From NCBI RefSeq assembly GCF_009914755.1, contig NC_060926.1: a stretch of DNA of 64,000 nucleotides; one strand, given 5' to 3'. Position numbers and translations under genes: made by a program. Origin of the DNA: the human T2T-CHM13v2.0 reference genome, Homo sapiens. Under the pieces are notes generated by a model. It was not told the DNA's origin, searched no databases, and worked only from the letters and a program-made list of their open reading frames with translations. Positions 45,493 to 59,218 of this stretch are shown here, piece by piece (positions within the stretch are counted from its first letter, which is position 1; every line of letters begins with the position of its first letter).

Positions 45493-48400
45493 TAGAGATG
45501 ATTTAAAATATATGGAAGGATATATGTAGGTTACATGCAAATGCTATTGCATTTATATCAGGTACTTGAGTACCTGCAGGTTTTGGTATACACAAGGATG
45601 ATGGAACCAATCCCCTGTAGAATACCCTGTGGATTCCGAGGGTTGACTGTATTTAAAAAAGTCAACACAATAAAGGCAATATATCACAAGCCCACAGCTA
45701 ACATTGTCCTCAATGGTAAAAAGTTGAAAGCTTTTTCTCTGTGATCAACAGCCAGACAAGAATGCTTATTCTTGCCACTTCTACTTAACATAGTACTAGA
45801 AATCCTAGCTAGAGCAATGATGCAAGCAAATAAGTTAAAGGCATCAAAAACAGAAAGAAAGAGAAAGACTGACCCTGTTTGCAGATGGCTTGATCTCATA
45901 GTATATCCTAAATACTCCACCAAAGAACTGATAGAACTAATAAATGAATTCAGTAAATTTGCAGGAAACAAAATCAACATACAAAAATCAGTGGCGTTTT
46001 TATATACTAAAACCAAACTGTCCAATAAAGAGATTAAGAATACAATCCCATTTACAATAGCATTTTAAGAATAAAATACTTAGGAATAAAATTAAGGAAG
46101 TGGAAGATCTGTAAGCTGAAAACTATAAAACATCAATGAAACAACTTGAAAATGACATAATAAATGGAAAGATATCCTGTTTGTTCATAGATCAAAGTAA
46201 TAAATATTGTCAAAATGTTTATACTATTCAAAATCATCTACAGACTCAATGCAACCCTTATCAAAACCTCAATGGCACTTTTCACAAAAATAGAAAAAAA
46301 AAATCCTACAATTCATATGGAACCACAAAAGACCTTGAATAGGTAAAGTAATATTGAACAAGAAGAACAAAGCTGGAGGCACCACACTTCCTGAGTTAAA
46401 ATTATCTTACAAAGCTATAGTCATCATAAGCAGTATGGTACAGGCATAAAAACAGACACATAAATCAATGGAACAGAATATAAAGCTCAGAAATAAATGT
46501 TGCGCTAGTAATCTTTGACAAAGTTACCAAGAATACACAATGGGGAAAAGAGAGTCTCTTTGATAAATGGTATTGGATAAACTAGATATCATGAAATTGA
46601 ATCCTTATCTTACATCATGCACAAACTCAAAATAGTTTAAAGATTTGAATGTAAGACTTGAAGCAATAAAACTACTCAAAGAAGACATAAGGGAAACATT
46701 CATGACATTGGTCTTGACAATGATATTTTGGATATGACGCCAAAAATACCAGCAACAAAAACAAAAATAAGTGACCACATAAACTAAAATTTTCTGCACA
46801 AGAAATGAAACCATCAATAAAATGAAGAGGCATCCCATGGAATAGGAAAAAATATTTGGATACCATATATTCAATAAGGGGTTAATACCCAAAATATATT
46901 TAAAAACTACTACAACTCAATAGTGAAAAACAAATAGCCCAATTTTAAAAGGGGCAAAGGATCTTAGTAGACATTTTTTTCAAGGAAGACATACAAACAG
47001 CCAACAAGGATATGAAAAGTTGCTGAACATCACTCGTTATCAGAGAAATGGAAATCTAAACCACAATAAGATATCACCTTAGACAGTCTTTTATTAAATA
47101 GTCAAAAAGTAACAAATGTTGGTGAGATGTAAAGAAAAGAGAACCTTTCTTTATACAAGGCTCTTGGGAATGTAAATTGGCTTAGCCATTATGGAAAACA
47201 GTATGGAGTTTCCTTAACAAATTAAATACTGAACTAATATATGATTCAGCAGTCCAACTTTGTGGTATAATTCCCCCTTCCAAAAAAATAAAATAAAATC
47301 ACTATCTCAAAGAGACGTCTGCACTCCCATGTTCATTGTAGTGTGATTCACAACAGCCAAGATATGAAAACAACTTATGTGTCTGTTGACAGATGAATGG
47401 ATACAATAAATAAATTATGGTGTGTGGGGTATGTGCTTGTGTGTCTGTGTGTGTGCTTGTGTGTGTGTGTAATGAAATATTATTCAGTCTGAAAAAAAAA
47501 CCTTGCCATTTGTGGCAATATAGATGAACCTTGACGTTAGGCTAAGTGAATTAAGCCAGACACAGAAAGACAAATACTACATGATCTCGCTTATATGTAT
47601 AATCTAAAAAAGTCAAATTTATAGAAACAGAGAGTAGACTGGTGGTTACCAAGGGTTGGGTATTAGGGGAATGCTGATCAAAGCGTACAAACTTGCAGTA
47701 ATGAGATGAATAAGTTCTGTAAAACTAATGTACTTGAATGTACATCATGGCAATCATAGTTAATAATAGTATATACTTGAAATTCTCTGTGAGAGAAAAT
47801 CTTAAGGATTCTCACCACACACAAAAACAGGGAACTATGTGAAGTGAAGTATATGTTATTTTGCTTGTTGGAAATCATTTTGTAGTATATGTGGATATAT
47901 CAAAACATAAAGTTGTATACTTTAAGCATATACAATTTTTATTTGTCAATTATATCAGAATAAAACTGAAAAAAATAATGTATAAGGACAACATACAGGA
48001 TGGGAGAATTATTTGCACGTCATATATCTGATAAGAGACTTGTATGCAGAATATATAAATAATTCTTACAAGACAACAAATAAAAGGTATTTGTCCTTTT
48101 ATTCTTGATGTATGATCCAAGGATTTAAGTAGGCATTTCTTCAAAGACAATACAAAAATGGCCAGCAAACACATGAAAAGATACTCAACATCATGTCATT
48201 AAGGAACTACAAACCAAAGCCCAATGAGATACTAATTCATACCCACTAGAATGGCTGTAATCAAAAAGATGAAAACAGGTGTTGGTGAGGATATGAAGAA
48301 TTTGGAATTCTCATACATTGCTCGTGAGAATACAAAATGATTCAGCTGCTTTGAAAAATCATCAGTTTCTCACAAAGATAAACATAGAATTACCATATGA

Positions 48401-48721
48401 CCCAACAGAGATGAACAATATATCCAAAAGAAATAAACACACATCCACATAAAAATTTGTACACAAATGTTTAGTAGTGTTACTCTTTACAGCTAGAGAG
48501 TGAAAACAACCCAATTTTTTTTCTGCTAACACATGGATAAATAAAATGTATACTTTCTCTATAAAGCAATATTATTTGGCAATTAAAAGAATGATGTACT
48601 AATACCAGCTACAACATAGATGAATCTTGACCTCACTATACTAGACATAAGAAACCAGTCACAAAAGACCAAGTAGTATGTGGTTCTATTTACATGAAAT
48701 ATCCAGAATAGGCTAATTTAC

Positions 48722-49097
48722 TTCTATGGTCTGAATGTGTATGTCCTCCAAAATTTATATATTGAAACTTAATTCCCAATATAATAGTACATGAGTAGGA
48801 CTTTTAGGGGTGATTGAGTTATGAGGACTCCACCTTCATGAGGTGAATTACTTCATGGGAGTAATGCCCTCATAAACAGGCTTGAGGGAACCTGCTTGTC
48901 ACTTTTTTCCCCTTCTGCTGTGTAAGGAGAAAGCTAAAAGTTACTGTATGAAGGAAAGACCATCACCAGACACCAAGTTTGCCAGCACATTGATCTTGGA
49001 TTTCCCAGTCTCCAGAACTGTTAGAAATAAATTTCTGTTGTTTACAAATTACCCATTTGAAGGTATTTTGTTATAGCAGCAGGAATGGACTAAGACA
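48722..49097 (+). mobile_element. MaLR solo LTR (MSTD/MLT1A-like)
   Basis: CTATGGTCTGAATGT...GTTATAGCAGCAGGAATGGACTAAGACA; TSD TTTAC/TTTAT. Confidence 0.85.
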
Positions 49098-49935
49098 TTT
49101 ATGGAGACAGAAATTTGGTTAGTGGTTGCTTAGGACTGGAAGAATGGGGAGAAACTGCCAATGGATATAGGGTCTCTTTTGGGGGTGATTAAAGTATTGT
49201 CAAATTGTGGTAATAGTTGTACAGCTCTGTGAATATAATGAAAAACATTGTGCTTTACATTTTAAATTCATGAATTATATGTGAATTATATCTCAGTAAA
49301 GCTGTGAAAAATTAAGTCAATTTAAGATCTAATTAGCAAAGAATAACAATTCAAAGGAATAGTTGAATGCAAATATATATATGAACATATCTGTGTATGT
49401 ATATACACGTATTATTTATGTGTGTGTATATGCACACTATACACACATTCACACACATTTATAAAATATTGGCACTATGAATTTTGATTCATTTGAAGGA
49501 TTTTCTGGAGAATCACTTATGATAGGAATAGACGTGTAAATTAATTAAATGTAAAACATACCAAAAGAGAAATTTGAATAAAGTATTCTGGTTAGACATT
49601 GGGAAATTTTGGTGTGGTTTTAGGTTTTATAAACAGCGTCTCAGAATAGAGGAATATTTAATCTGAGTTTTGAAGAATGAGAGTGCATTGTTGTTTGGCA
49701 ATATTGACTAGTGCTGTGTGATTAGGGTATATGTAGGTGATAGAAGACTAGGTTAGAAATGTGGATTGGAGTTAAGCTGTTTAGGAACTGTTGTGCTAAA
49801 GAAGCTTTGTTATTTGAGTTGGTTTTATTTTTTTCTGAATTTGAGTAAAGTTTCACCTTGTTTTTTAAAGAGATTCATGTCTAACAGAACTCCAGTGTTA
49901 ACAAAATGATTTTTATGATAAAATTACTTAAGTAG

Positions 49936-50246
49936 GGCCAGGTGCAGTGGCTCACACATGTAATCACAGCACTTTGGGAAGCCTAGGTAGGAGGATCTCT
50001 TGAGCCCAGGATTTTGAGACCAGCCTGGGCAACATAAGGAGACCCCAACTCCACAAAAATTTTAAAAAGAAGTTAGCTGGGTGTGGTGGTGCATGTCTGT
50101 GGTCCCAGCTACTTGGGAAACTGAGGTGGGAGGACTACTTGAGCCCAGGAATTCAAGGCTACAGTGAGCTGTGATCATATCACTACCCTCTAAGCCTGGG
50201 TGGCAGAGCAAGACCCTGACTCAAAAAAATTTATTTTAATTTAAAA
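49936..50246 (+). mobile_element. AluJ
   Basis: TSD core ATTACTTAAGT on both sides. Confidence 0.92.
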
Positions 50247-50967
50247 TATTACTTAAGTGAATATCAATATAAACTAAGCATAACCTTATGCTTACAGGAT
50301 ATAAGCTATATGAACTGAAAGAGACACAACATTTCACATGTTAAATTTTGATATGGACTGTCCTCTGAGAAATAGCTTCAGATGTCTGCAAAACTCAGCT
50401 TTAGGCCAGTAATTCTTCACTTTTTACTCTGGTGAAGTAAAAATACATTTACCCAACAATGTTTCTCTAGCATACCCATCAGAAGAGGAATTGCCCAAGG
50501 GCTGCCCCATGGATAAAATCTCCTGCCTGAGGGTGGAAGAAACTCAGGGACTCTGGCCCTAACTTACCTTTCTCTCTCTCAGTGATTCTTCAAATCCCCA
50601 GCTGTCAAGACATTGCCGCTTTAGAAAGTTGGGGCATTAGCCAGGGCTGTGATAGGATTCCATGTTTATTTCAGAAAGGTAATTCTGACTTCAAGGTTGA
50701 GGCTGGATTTGAATAAAATCAAAGGTAGAGAAACCAGCCAGGAGAGAGTGACGTTGGTCCTGGAGAGTGTGAGACAAGTCAGCAACCATAGGGATGGGGA
50801 GGGAAGACACTGACCAGAGGTGCGGAAACACAGAGGAATCCAGAATAAGGTAGAAAAGTGAGCTAGGGATGGTTGATGACATTAACACGGGTAAATATCC
50901 AGCTGGTGAGAGGAAAACAAAGAACTGGGTTCTGGATGGTTGGAGGACTGAGCAGAACAATTATTAG

Positions 50968-51723
50968 TGTCGACAAAAAGAGTCAAACTCTATAAAATAT
51001 TTGAAGAGTTTTATTCTGGGCCAAATAAGAGTGAACGTGGCCCATAACACAGCCCTCAGGAGATTCTGAGAACATGTGCCCAAGGTGGTCAGGGAACAGC
51101 TTGGTTTTATCCGTTTTAGAGAGGCATGAGACAACAATCAAATACACTTAAGAAATACATTGGTTTGATCTAGAAAGTGAGACAACTCAAAGCAGGGGGA
51201 GGGGGTTTCCAGGCTATAGGTAAATTTAAACATTTTATGGTTGACACTTGGTTCAGTTTGTCTAAAGACCTGGAATTGACAGAAAGGGAATGTTCAGGTT
51301 AAGATAAAAGATTGTAGAGACCAGGGTTCTTCTGAAATCTTATAGTGGCTGCCCTTAAAGACAATAGATGACAAATGTTTCCTATTCAGATCTTAGTTCA
51401 TCCCTTTAGGATTGGGAGGGCCTGGAAGAAAAAGATCTAGCTATGTTAATAGAGATTCTTTATAGATGCAAATTTTCTCCACAAAAGATGGCTTTGCAGG
51501 GCCATTTCAAGATATGGCAGAGAAACATGTTTTGGAATAAAATATTTTGATTTTCTTCCTTGACTTGTAATGTTATGCCAGAGTAAGATTGGAAAGTAAA
51601 TCACAATATAAAGGGTTAAATAAAACATATCTGATGAGAATTTATGGTTTGTAGATTATGACACCCCGGACCCCATAGATAGGATTTTGGGCAAGATAAA
51701 AAAAAAGTAGAGCTTAGTCCTCA
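50968..51723 (-). mobile_element. MER4-family (MER4E-like) ERV1 solo LTR
   Basis: TGTCGACAAAAAGAGTCAAACTC...GAGAACATGTGCCCAAGGTGG...CTTAGTCCTCA; TSD TTAG/TTCG. Confidence 0.85.
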
Positions 51724-52085
51724 TTCGAGTGGTTATGAAGAAAACACAACTAAAATATTTTATTGAAGTCAGGAGAAAGAAATTTCTGTAATTTTAGATT
51801 TGGAATAGATAGAGCTTTTGGAATAGCTTATAGGTGATAAGAATGATGTTGACAACGGGAACAGATAACCTCAGAAAAACTCTAAGAAATATTTTTATTT
51901 GAGATGGTTATGGAAGAATCTGCTTAAACCTACTTCCTGACTAAGAGCTTGTTACCACTGCAAAATTCAGCTGAACTACTCTCAAATTGGAAAGATCTTT
52001 ATATTTAAAGTCTAAAGGTAGCTTCTTCCATTCATTGGTTCAAATTAACTTCATTTAATTAAAAAAAAATTAAAAACTTGTCAGC

Positions 52086-52463
<378 letters not shown>

Positions 52464-53296
52464 TTACTCTTCAGGCTAAATATCCAGGATTTTTGTTTTC
52501 TGACTCATATGACTGTTTCTAGCCCCTTTCGTTCCTGTGCTCATGTTTTCCTAGGATGTTTCCATTTGGCCACTAAACACTTAAATGGCAGTAAAGGGAA
52601 CATTGTGTCCCAATGTCATTTTCAACCACACATTTCATGTACCATGTGGACTTCCTCTCACTGTTCCCCACGTGTCTTCTGTCCTTCCAGGACTCCATTT
52701 CTTTGCCTGTGTTCCTTCCTCAATTTGATGTCTTTTTCTTTTTAAGGTGGACTTCTACTCAATTTTAAGCCCTAACTCAAGTCAGTTTCTTCAAGAAGCC
52801 TTTTCCTCAACTTCACCAGTCTGTTTCTATACTCTTACAGAAATTTAGACAGACACTAATGAAGAATATTATTTATATTAGACTTTATCTCTTTGCTTGT
52901 CTTTCTCCCTTTCTAGATTGTTAGCGTCTAATTCTTGGCTCATTTACTCATTAACATAGGACATATTTATTTAATACCTTCTAGATGCCAAAACCTCTGC
53001 TATACCTTGGCTATATAGTATTAAACAAGACAGATGTGATCTCTTTACAGTCTAGTAGTTGAGGAAGATATTAAGAAAGTATATACACAGAATATGTAAT
53101 TTCAAATAGCCCTAAGTGCAAAAAGGAGCAGGGCGCTGTAAGATAATAACAAGATGGGGGACATTATTTAAGTTGGGGAATCAGGGAAGACCACTCTAGG
53201 GAAGAAAATGTGATCTAAAAAGTGAAGGATAAGTAGTTGTGTAATAGGCAAAGAACACTCTTTTGGACACAAAAGATGCTCAAAAATGTCTCTTGA

Positions 53297-53680
<384 letters not shown>

Positions 53681-53799
53681 TAAATCACTTCAAACACTGC
53701 TCAGTAGATGACATTTACATTAAAATAAATAAAATGTATACTTTATATAATACCTATTGATGCATTTTCACTGTGCAGTTTAAAAAAACTCTTGAAGTC

Positions 53800-54420
53800 T
53801 GTTTTTTAAGAACTGCTATAAAGTTTTGTAACCCCCAATCTGAGTATATATGTTCAGCTGCCCTTTGGGTACCATAATGCAGAACTGCACTTTTACCTGT
53901 ATTCCTTTTTATATTCTTAGTTGCTCATTATTCCAGCTTGTTAAGGGCTCTAAGTCTTGACTCTGACATCTCATATATTAGCTATAACTCTCAGCTTTAT
54001 ATCATCCCAAAATTTGATAAGCATGCCATCTGTGTCTTTATCCAAGTTGTTAATCAAAATGTTGGACAAAATAAGACCAAGCATTCCCACTCAGCATTTG
54101 TTGCAGGGAAGACATCTCTCAGGATGGCACTGATACATTAATCAACATTGTTTGGGTAGCTACAAAAATCCCTCTAGCTCTTTACATTTGTTTATGAGGG
54201 TATCAGGAGACTTTTTGTCAAATTTCTTTCTGCATATGCCATCTCCTTTCTTCTCTACAAGTCTAGTAAACCCATCACAAAAGAGATTAGATGCCTCTCT
54301 CTGAGTGATCTAAAGGAGCCCATTTGGACACCTGATGCCCATTTCTTCTTTCTTGAAATATTCAGAAGCTCTTTAACAGTATGTTCATAAATTTTTGTCA
54401 GAATCAGGCACTAACATAGG
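53800..54420 (-). mobile_element. CR1/L3 remnant
   Basis: CAGCTTTATATCATCCCAAAATTTGATAAGCATGC...TTTATCCAAGTTGTTAATCAAAATGTTG resembles the L3 RT region. Confidence 0.6.
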
Positions 54421-56189
54421 TTTGTGTTAACCCCGTATGGCACTGTGCCCTCTGGTTAGGCCCAGACCTCCTGGGCAAAGATAATATTTCAATGGTTTGA
54501 AACTGATGCCAAGTTATACAACTTCCAAAAAGACTGGGTCTTTCACGAGCTCATGGCTCCTTTCAGGTAGTGATGCTGTTCAGCACTCAGGCATGACAAT
54601 GTGGGGATGTAACTGCAGAACAGATTTCCCACACTGAGTCTTTGCTTTACTGTGTCTGTTTTCCACATTTTGTGTATTAATTTACAGATACTTCAGGCTA
54701 CAGTGATAGTTCCTCAATTTCTACGGTTATTTTCTCCTTATGATGATGTACGTCTCCTCTACTCCTGATTCAAGTCTTGTTCTCAGTTTTGTACTTTTAC
54801 TTGTTCATTTATTCTCCCTCTCCCTCAAGGTTGCCTTAAAGCCTATAATTATGTCAGCTGCAAACATTTTTTTCTTCCATTAAGATGTACTTAATCGTTT
54901 GCCAAGAGGCTCATTATAGTTCATTGCCTAAAAAACTTACGGTAGTCTTCAGTACTATTACATTGAAAATACTTTACTTTTTATGTCCATCTTTCTTTTT
55001 CTTTTTTAAAGCCTTCTTCTAGGAAAAAAATATATTAATACCACCTGTATTCACTCCAGCCCCTTCCCCTCATATCTAAGACTATCATGTCCCAGCAGCT
55101 ACATTCTGGATTTCTCATTAGTTATATTCCTTTCCACTAATATCATTCCATTTAAGTTGCAGTTAATTAACTTCATAAGTTTTGGCATACTTTTTTGGTT
55201 ATTGGAGCCATGCCTGAGGATGGTTTGGGGAAAGATACAAACTTTTTAAGGGTATGCCATGTGTTAGGCACTCTGCCCAGGACTTTGCTTATGTTATTTC
55301 ATAACGTCTGTTTATCAGAGTAAAACCTCACACAACCCAGTCTTGATAGAGTTTCATATTGGAAGCAATTAAAATATTTTAAATCTTTTCAGATTCTTGA
55401 TGTAATACCAAATAGTGCAATGATGAATCACTATGCACAGAGATCTTAAAGATACTGTTTTCTCCATTCCAGCCCCACCCAATGTCCACTGCAGGGCTTT
55501 GAGCAGGAGAAAATTAACAGTTATCTTGAAGGTCATTATCATAGTTTTTTCTGTCCTTATATTTGTACACCTCAAGTTGAACTGAAGAACATTTTCATGT
55601 CCACGGGCAATGATCTCTGTGGAGTGCCTAATCAAACTGATATACTATTAGTCTACTCTTAATTTCAAACAATGAGAAAACACTGAAGTAGTCTCAGGTA
55701 TTGGGGCCCAGGGATGGATACACAGGGAGCTAAGGAAGCAAAGAGGAACTCCTGTGTCTCAGGAGGAAATGCACAGTAGCTCCTGGTTCTGCCCTCTGCA
55801 TGGCTCCTCACTGTAGGATTCTGTTGTTCAGGTGACTCTGTGTCTTTGGGTCTCCGGATTCAGCCTAACTTTCCAGTTCCTTCCATGCTTCTACCACTTT
55901 CTCTCCATCTCACATTTAAAATTCCCTAAGAGAATCTGAGTTACTGCATGCTCTCATCTCCAGTCCATGCACATCCTCCTGTTATTTTTAATTCAGTTTC
56001 ATAATTTCCCCTTTCAGTCTGTATCCCCAATCCTATTAGCTTCCCTCATATTAAATTTATAACCTTCCACTTCACTCTGCATCTGTTTATATTAATGTAT
56101 ATGTATTCCTGATTATACATATAAATAAATATATATAATTATTTAGCTTGTGTTTTAATTTACAGTTATGATATACATATTCATCTTGT

Positions 56190-56460
56190 TTATTTCTGAT
56201 AGATAATGGTAACTGACATTTATTGAGCACTTAAAATATGCTATGTCTTTCTCTAAGTGCTCTCTTTATTAACTAATTTATTCTTATATCAATAGTATCA
56301 GTTAGATATTATCTTTATTCTTATGTTACAGATAAGGAAATCAAGGAACAGATAGGTTAAAGAATTTGCACGAGAATGCACAGCTGAGAATGTCAGAGCC
56401 TGTTTTGTCATACACACAATTTGATTCCAGAGCTTGTTCCCTATTCTGTGTATTAACTGC
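56190..56460. mobile_element. MIR
   Basis: AACTGACATTTATTGAGCACTT...TTACAGATAAGGAAATCAAGGAACAGA. Confidence 0.75.
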
Positions 56461-58389
56461 CTCTGTTCCTGCTGCTGTTTGTAGATTAGTTTTTATTTGG
56501 GGAGCAGTGCATGGTATTCCATCTTTTGCATCTATTTAGCATTTTACATTTATTTCCCATTAGTGATCAATTAGCAAGCCTTCATTCAATTCTTGGCCAT
56601 TCAACTGATACTGTTATGAACAGTCTTACAACAGCCTCTTGTGCCACAGTATGATTACTAGATGGTTAGTAAAATGGTATGAATATAATTTACAAACAAA
56701 CCGTAAAAACAAGAACAATAACACAAAAAAATTATACCAAAATGTTAATAGTTGGTAGCCTTTGAATGGTGAGAATGTTTTCTTTCTCCAATTCTTTTCT
56801 CATTTTGCCTCCCATTTCTCATATCTCCACATTTAGAATTGTACTGTTGACAAGCCCCCAGATTTTGAGTCTCAGGTGTGAAATCAAAGCCAGAGCCAAA
56901 TTTCTACCTGTGTGGCTTGTGTATTGTGTCACTTAATTTTGCACACACCTAGGTATAGGTTAGTTTTACCTAATTATTTCCAATAGCAGCAAAACGAATA
57001 TTTGTGCCCTGAAATACCATAGTTGTTTCTACAGTATCTCAGTTTTCTTGAATAACACTTGAAGATTTTATCTCATCTTTTTTCCCAGATCATCTTTTGA
57101 GATACTAGAAAGATGAATGCAAAGTACATTCTAATCCCAGATGAAATAATCCAGCACTTTCCTGGATCAGAGCTATACTTCAAATGTACACAGCCATAGC
57201 CTTGGCAGCCCAAGCTCTGATTTGACAGCTTATGAAATCTTATAAAATGAAAATCCTTACTAATGATGTTGTCTCCCACTCCCCCCATGCATTACCATTA
57301 TTGTCTAAACAGTCAGTATAAGGAGATGGTCTTGCCTGTGCCCTCACTGCTCCAAGTTCATGTCTAAGGGGATGATGATTGTAGAGAAATTCCTATAAAG
57401 CTAAGATGATTGTGAAGAACAGGAGGCAAAACAAAGGAAGCTGTCTTCAACATGTCCTGAATTATATCGCCACTTGACAAAATTATTACCAGCTGTTGAG
57501 CATTGTGAAGTTACAGAATTTCATGCACCTTTAAAGCAAGAAGAGACATGAAAGCAACAGATTACAGAAGTCCCTATGAGTCATTTCAAAGAGCTTGGAC
57601 CTTAATATAGGAGCAAAGGAGGGAACACAGGAAGAGGAACCTGATTGGTGAGGGTGGGATGATAAAGATTTCAATGTAACTGTTTTTATTTAAGGTCTTA
57701 TGATTTCATCCCCATCGATGCCAGCCTTCAGGCTCTGTGTTCAATAGTTTAAATAATTCTGCTTTAATTAGCAGGGAACTGTTGATTTCTGTATACCAAA
57801 TGTTAATCTTTACCTACTCTGTTTGTTTGACTAGGAAATAGATAAAAATTCACATGAGCACTCTACCCTTTTCTGCATGCCACAGAGGTTTTGGCCTTGA
57901 GGAGAAAACATCATTTTGGGGAAGACTTGAGACATTTGATCTTCTTAAATATGGAATTTCTCAAAATGAAACTGTCTTCCCAACTCCCACTTGCATCTCA
58001 TACACTGAAGATGTTATATTTTCTTTGTTGGAGAATAATACTAGTAGCAGAAATGGCTAACCTCTTGTTCCAGACCATCTGATCTACAGAGCAATTTGAA
58101 GTACTTTCAATAATTACCTCCACTTTAGAGATAAGAAAATTGAAGATTGGAGAGGTTCAATGACAGGCACAAAGTAACACCACAAGTAGTAAGTGTCCTG
58201 GTTGATTTTGAACTTAGGTCTTTAAATTTCTAAGCCCATGTTGTTATCTACCATGACACTATGCCTTTCTAATAGAAACAGCAAATTTTCACCTACTGAG
58301 TGCTCACTGTGTGGTCAATACCGTTTAATGCTCTCATTTGATTCTCATAATAATCTTATGCAATGGGTACTGTTATTAACCCCATTTGA

Positions 58390-58590
58390 TAGCATTTTCT
58401 ATAAAAGTCTAGATAGTATATATATTCAACTTTGTCAGCTGTACTGTCTCTGTCACTAGTCACCTCTGCTTGTTGCGGTGTGAAAGCAGTCATAGGCAAT
58501 GCAGAAATAAATGGGTGTGGCTCTGTCCCAACAAAACTGTATTTACAAAAACAGGTGGAGGCTGGGGTTGACCTGCAGTAGTCCCTGCGA
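58390..58590. mobile_element. MER58A (hAT) inside MIR fragments (~58080-58700)
   Basis: AATGGGTGTGGCTCTGTCCCAACAAAACTGTATTTACAAAAACAGGTGG. Confidence 0.8.
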
Positions 58591-58734
58591 TGGTTGATAA
58601 CATTGAAGCTTAGAGGATTTAGGCAGCTCACGTTGAGGTGGGATATAAGCCTAGGTCAGCTTGGTGTGTATCTAAGGCTGCACTCTTGTCCATGTGTTAC
58701 ATTCTCTTCTTTATTATAATCTTCACTCCTCTCT

Positions 58735-59218
58735 CTAGTAGGTTGAATTTTGTCCCCACAAAAGATATGTTGAAGTTCTGTCCCTCAGTACCTGTACCTG
58801 TGAACTTATTTGCAAATAGTCTTTGCAGATGTAATTAAGTTAAGGAACTTGAGATGAGATCATCCTCGGTTTGGGGTAGGCTGTAAAACCAATTATTAGC
58901 GTCCTTACAAGAGAAAAGAGAAAGATTTGAGACAGAGAAACAAAGGGGAAACAACCATGAGAAGATGAAGGCAAAAATTAGAAGTATGCTGCCAAGCAAG
59001 GGCCACCAGGAGCCACCAGAAACTAGGAAAGGCAAGGATTTTCTCCTATAAACTTTAGAGGGAACACAGCCCTGCTGACACCTTAATGTCAGGCTTCTAG
59101 AATGCACCAAAATGAATTAAGCATATATTATGAGAGAGCAATGAAAGAATAATTTTTTCTTTTTTTAAACTACCAAGTTTCTGGTAATTTGATACAGCAG
59201 TTCTAGAAAACTAACAAA
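58735..59218 (+). mobile_element. MLT1B/C-like LTR
   Basis: GGTTGAATTTTGTCCCCACAAAAGATATG...CTTTGCAGATGTAATTAAGTTAAGG...CAGCAGTTCTAGAAAACTAAC. Confidence 0.85.
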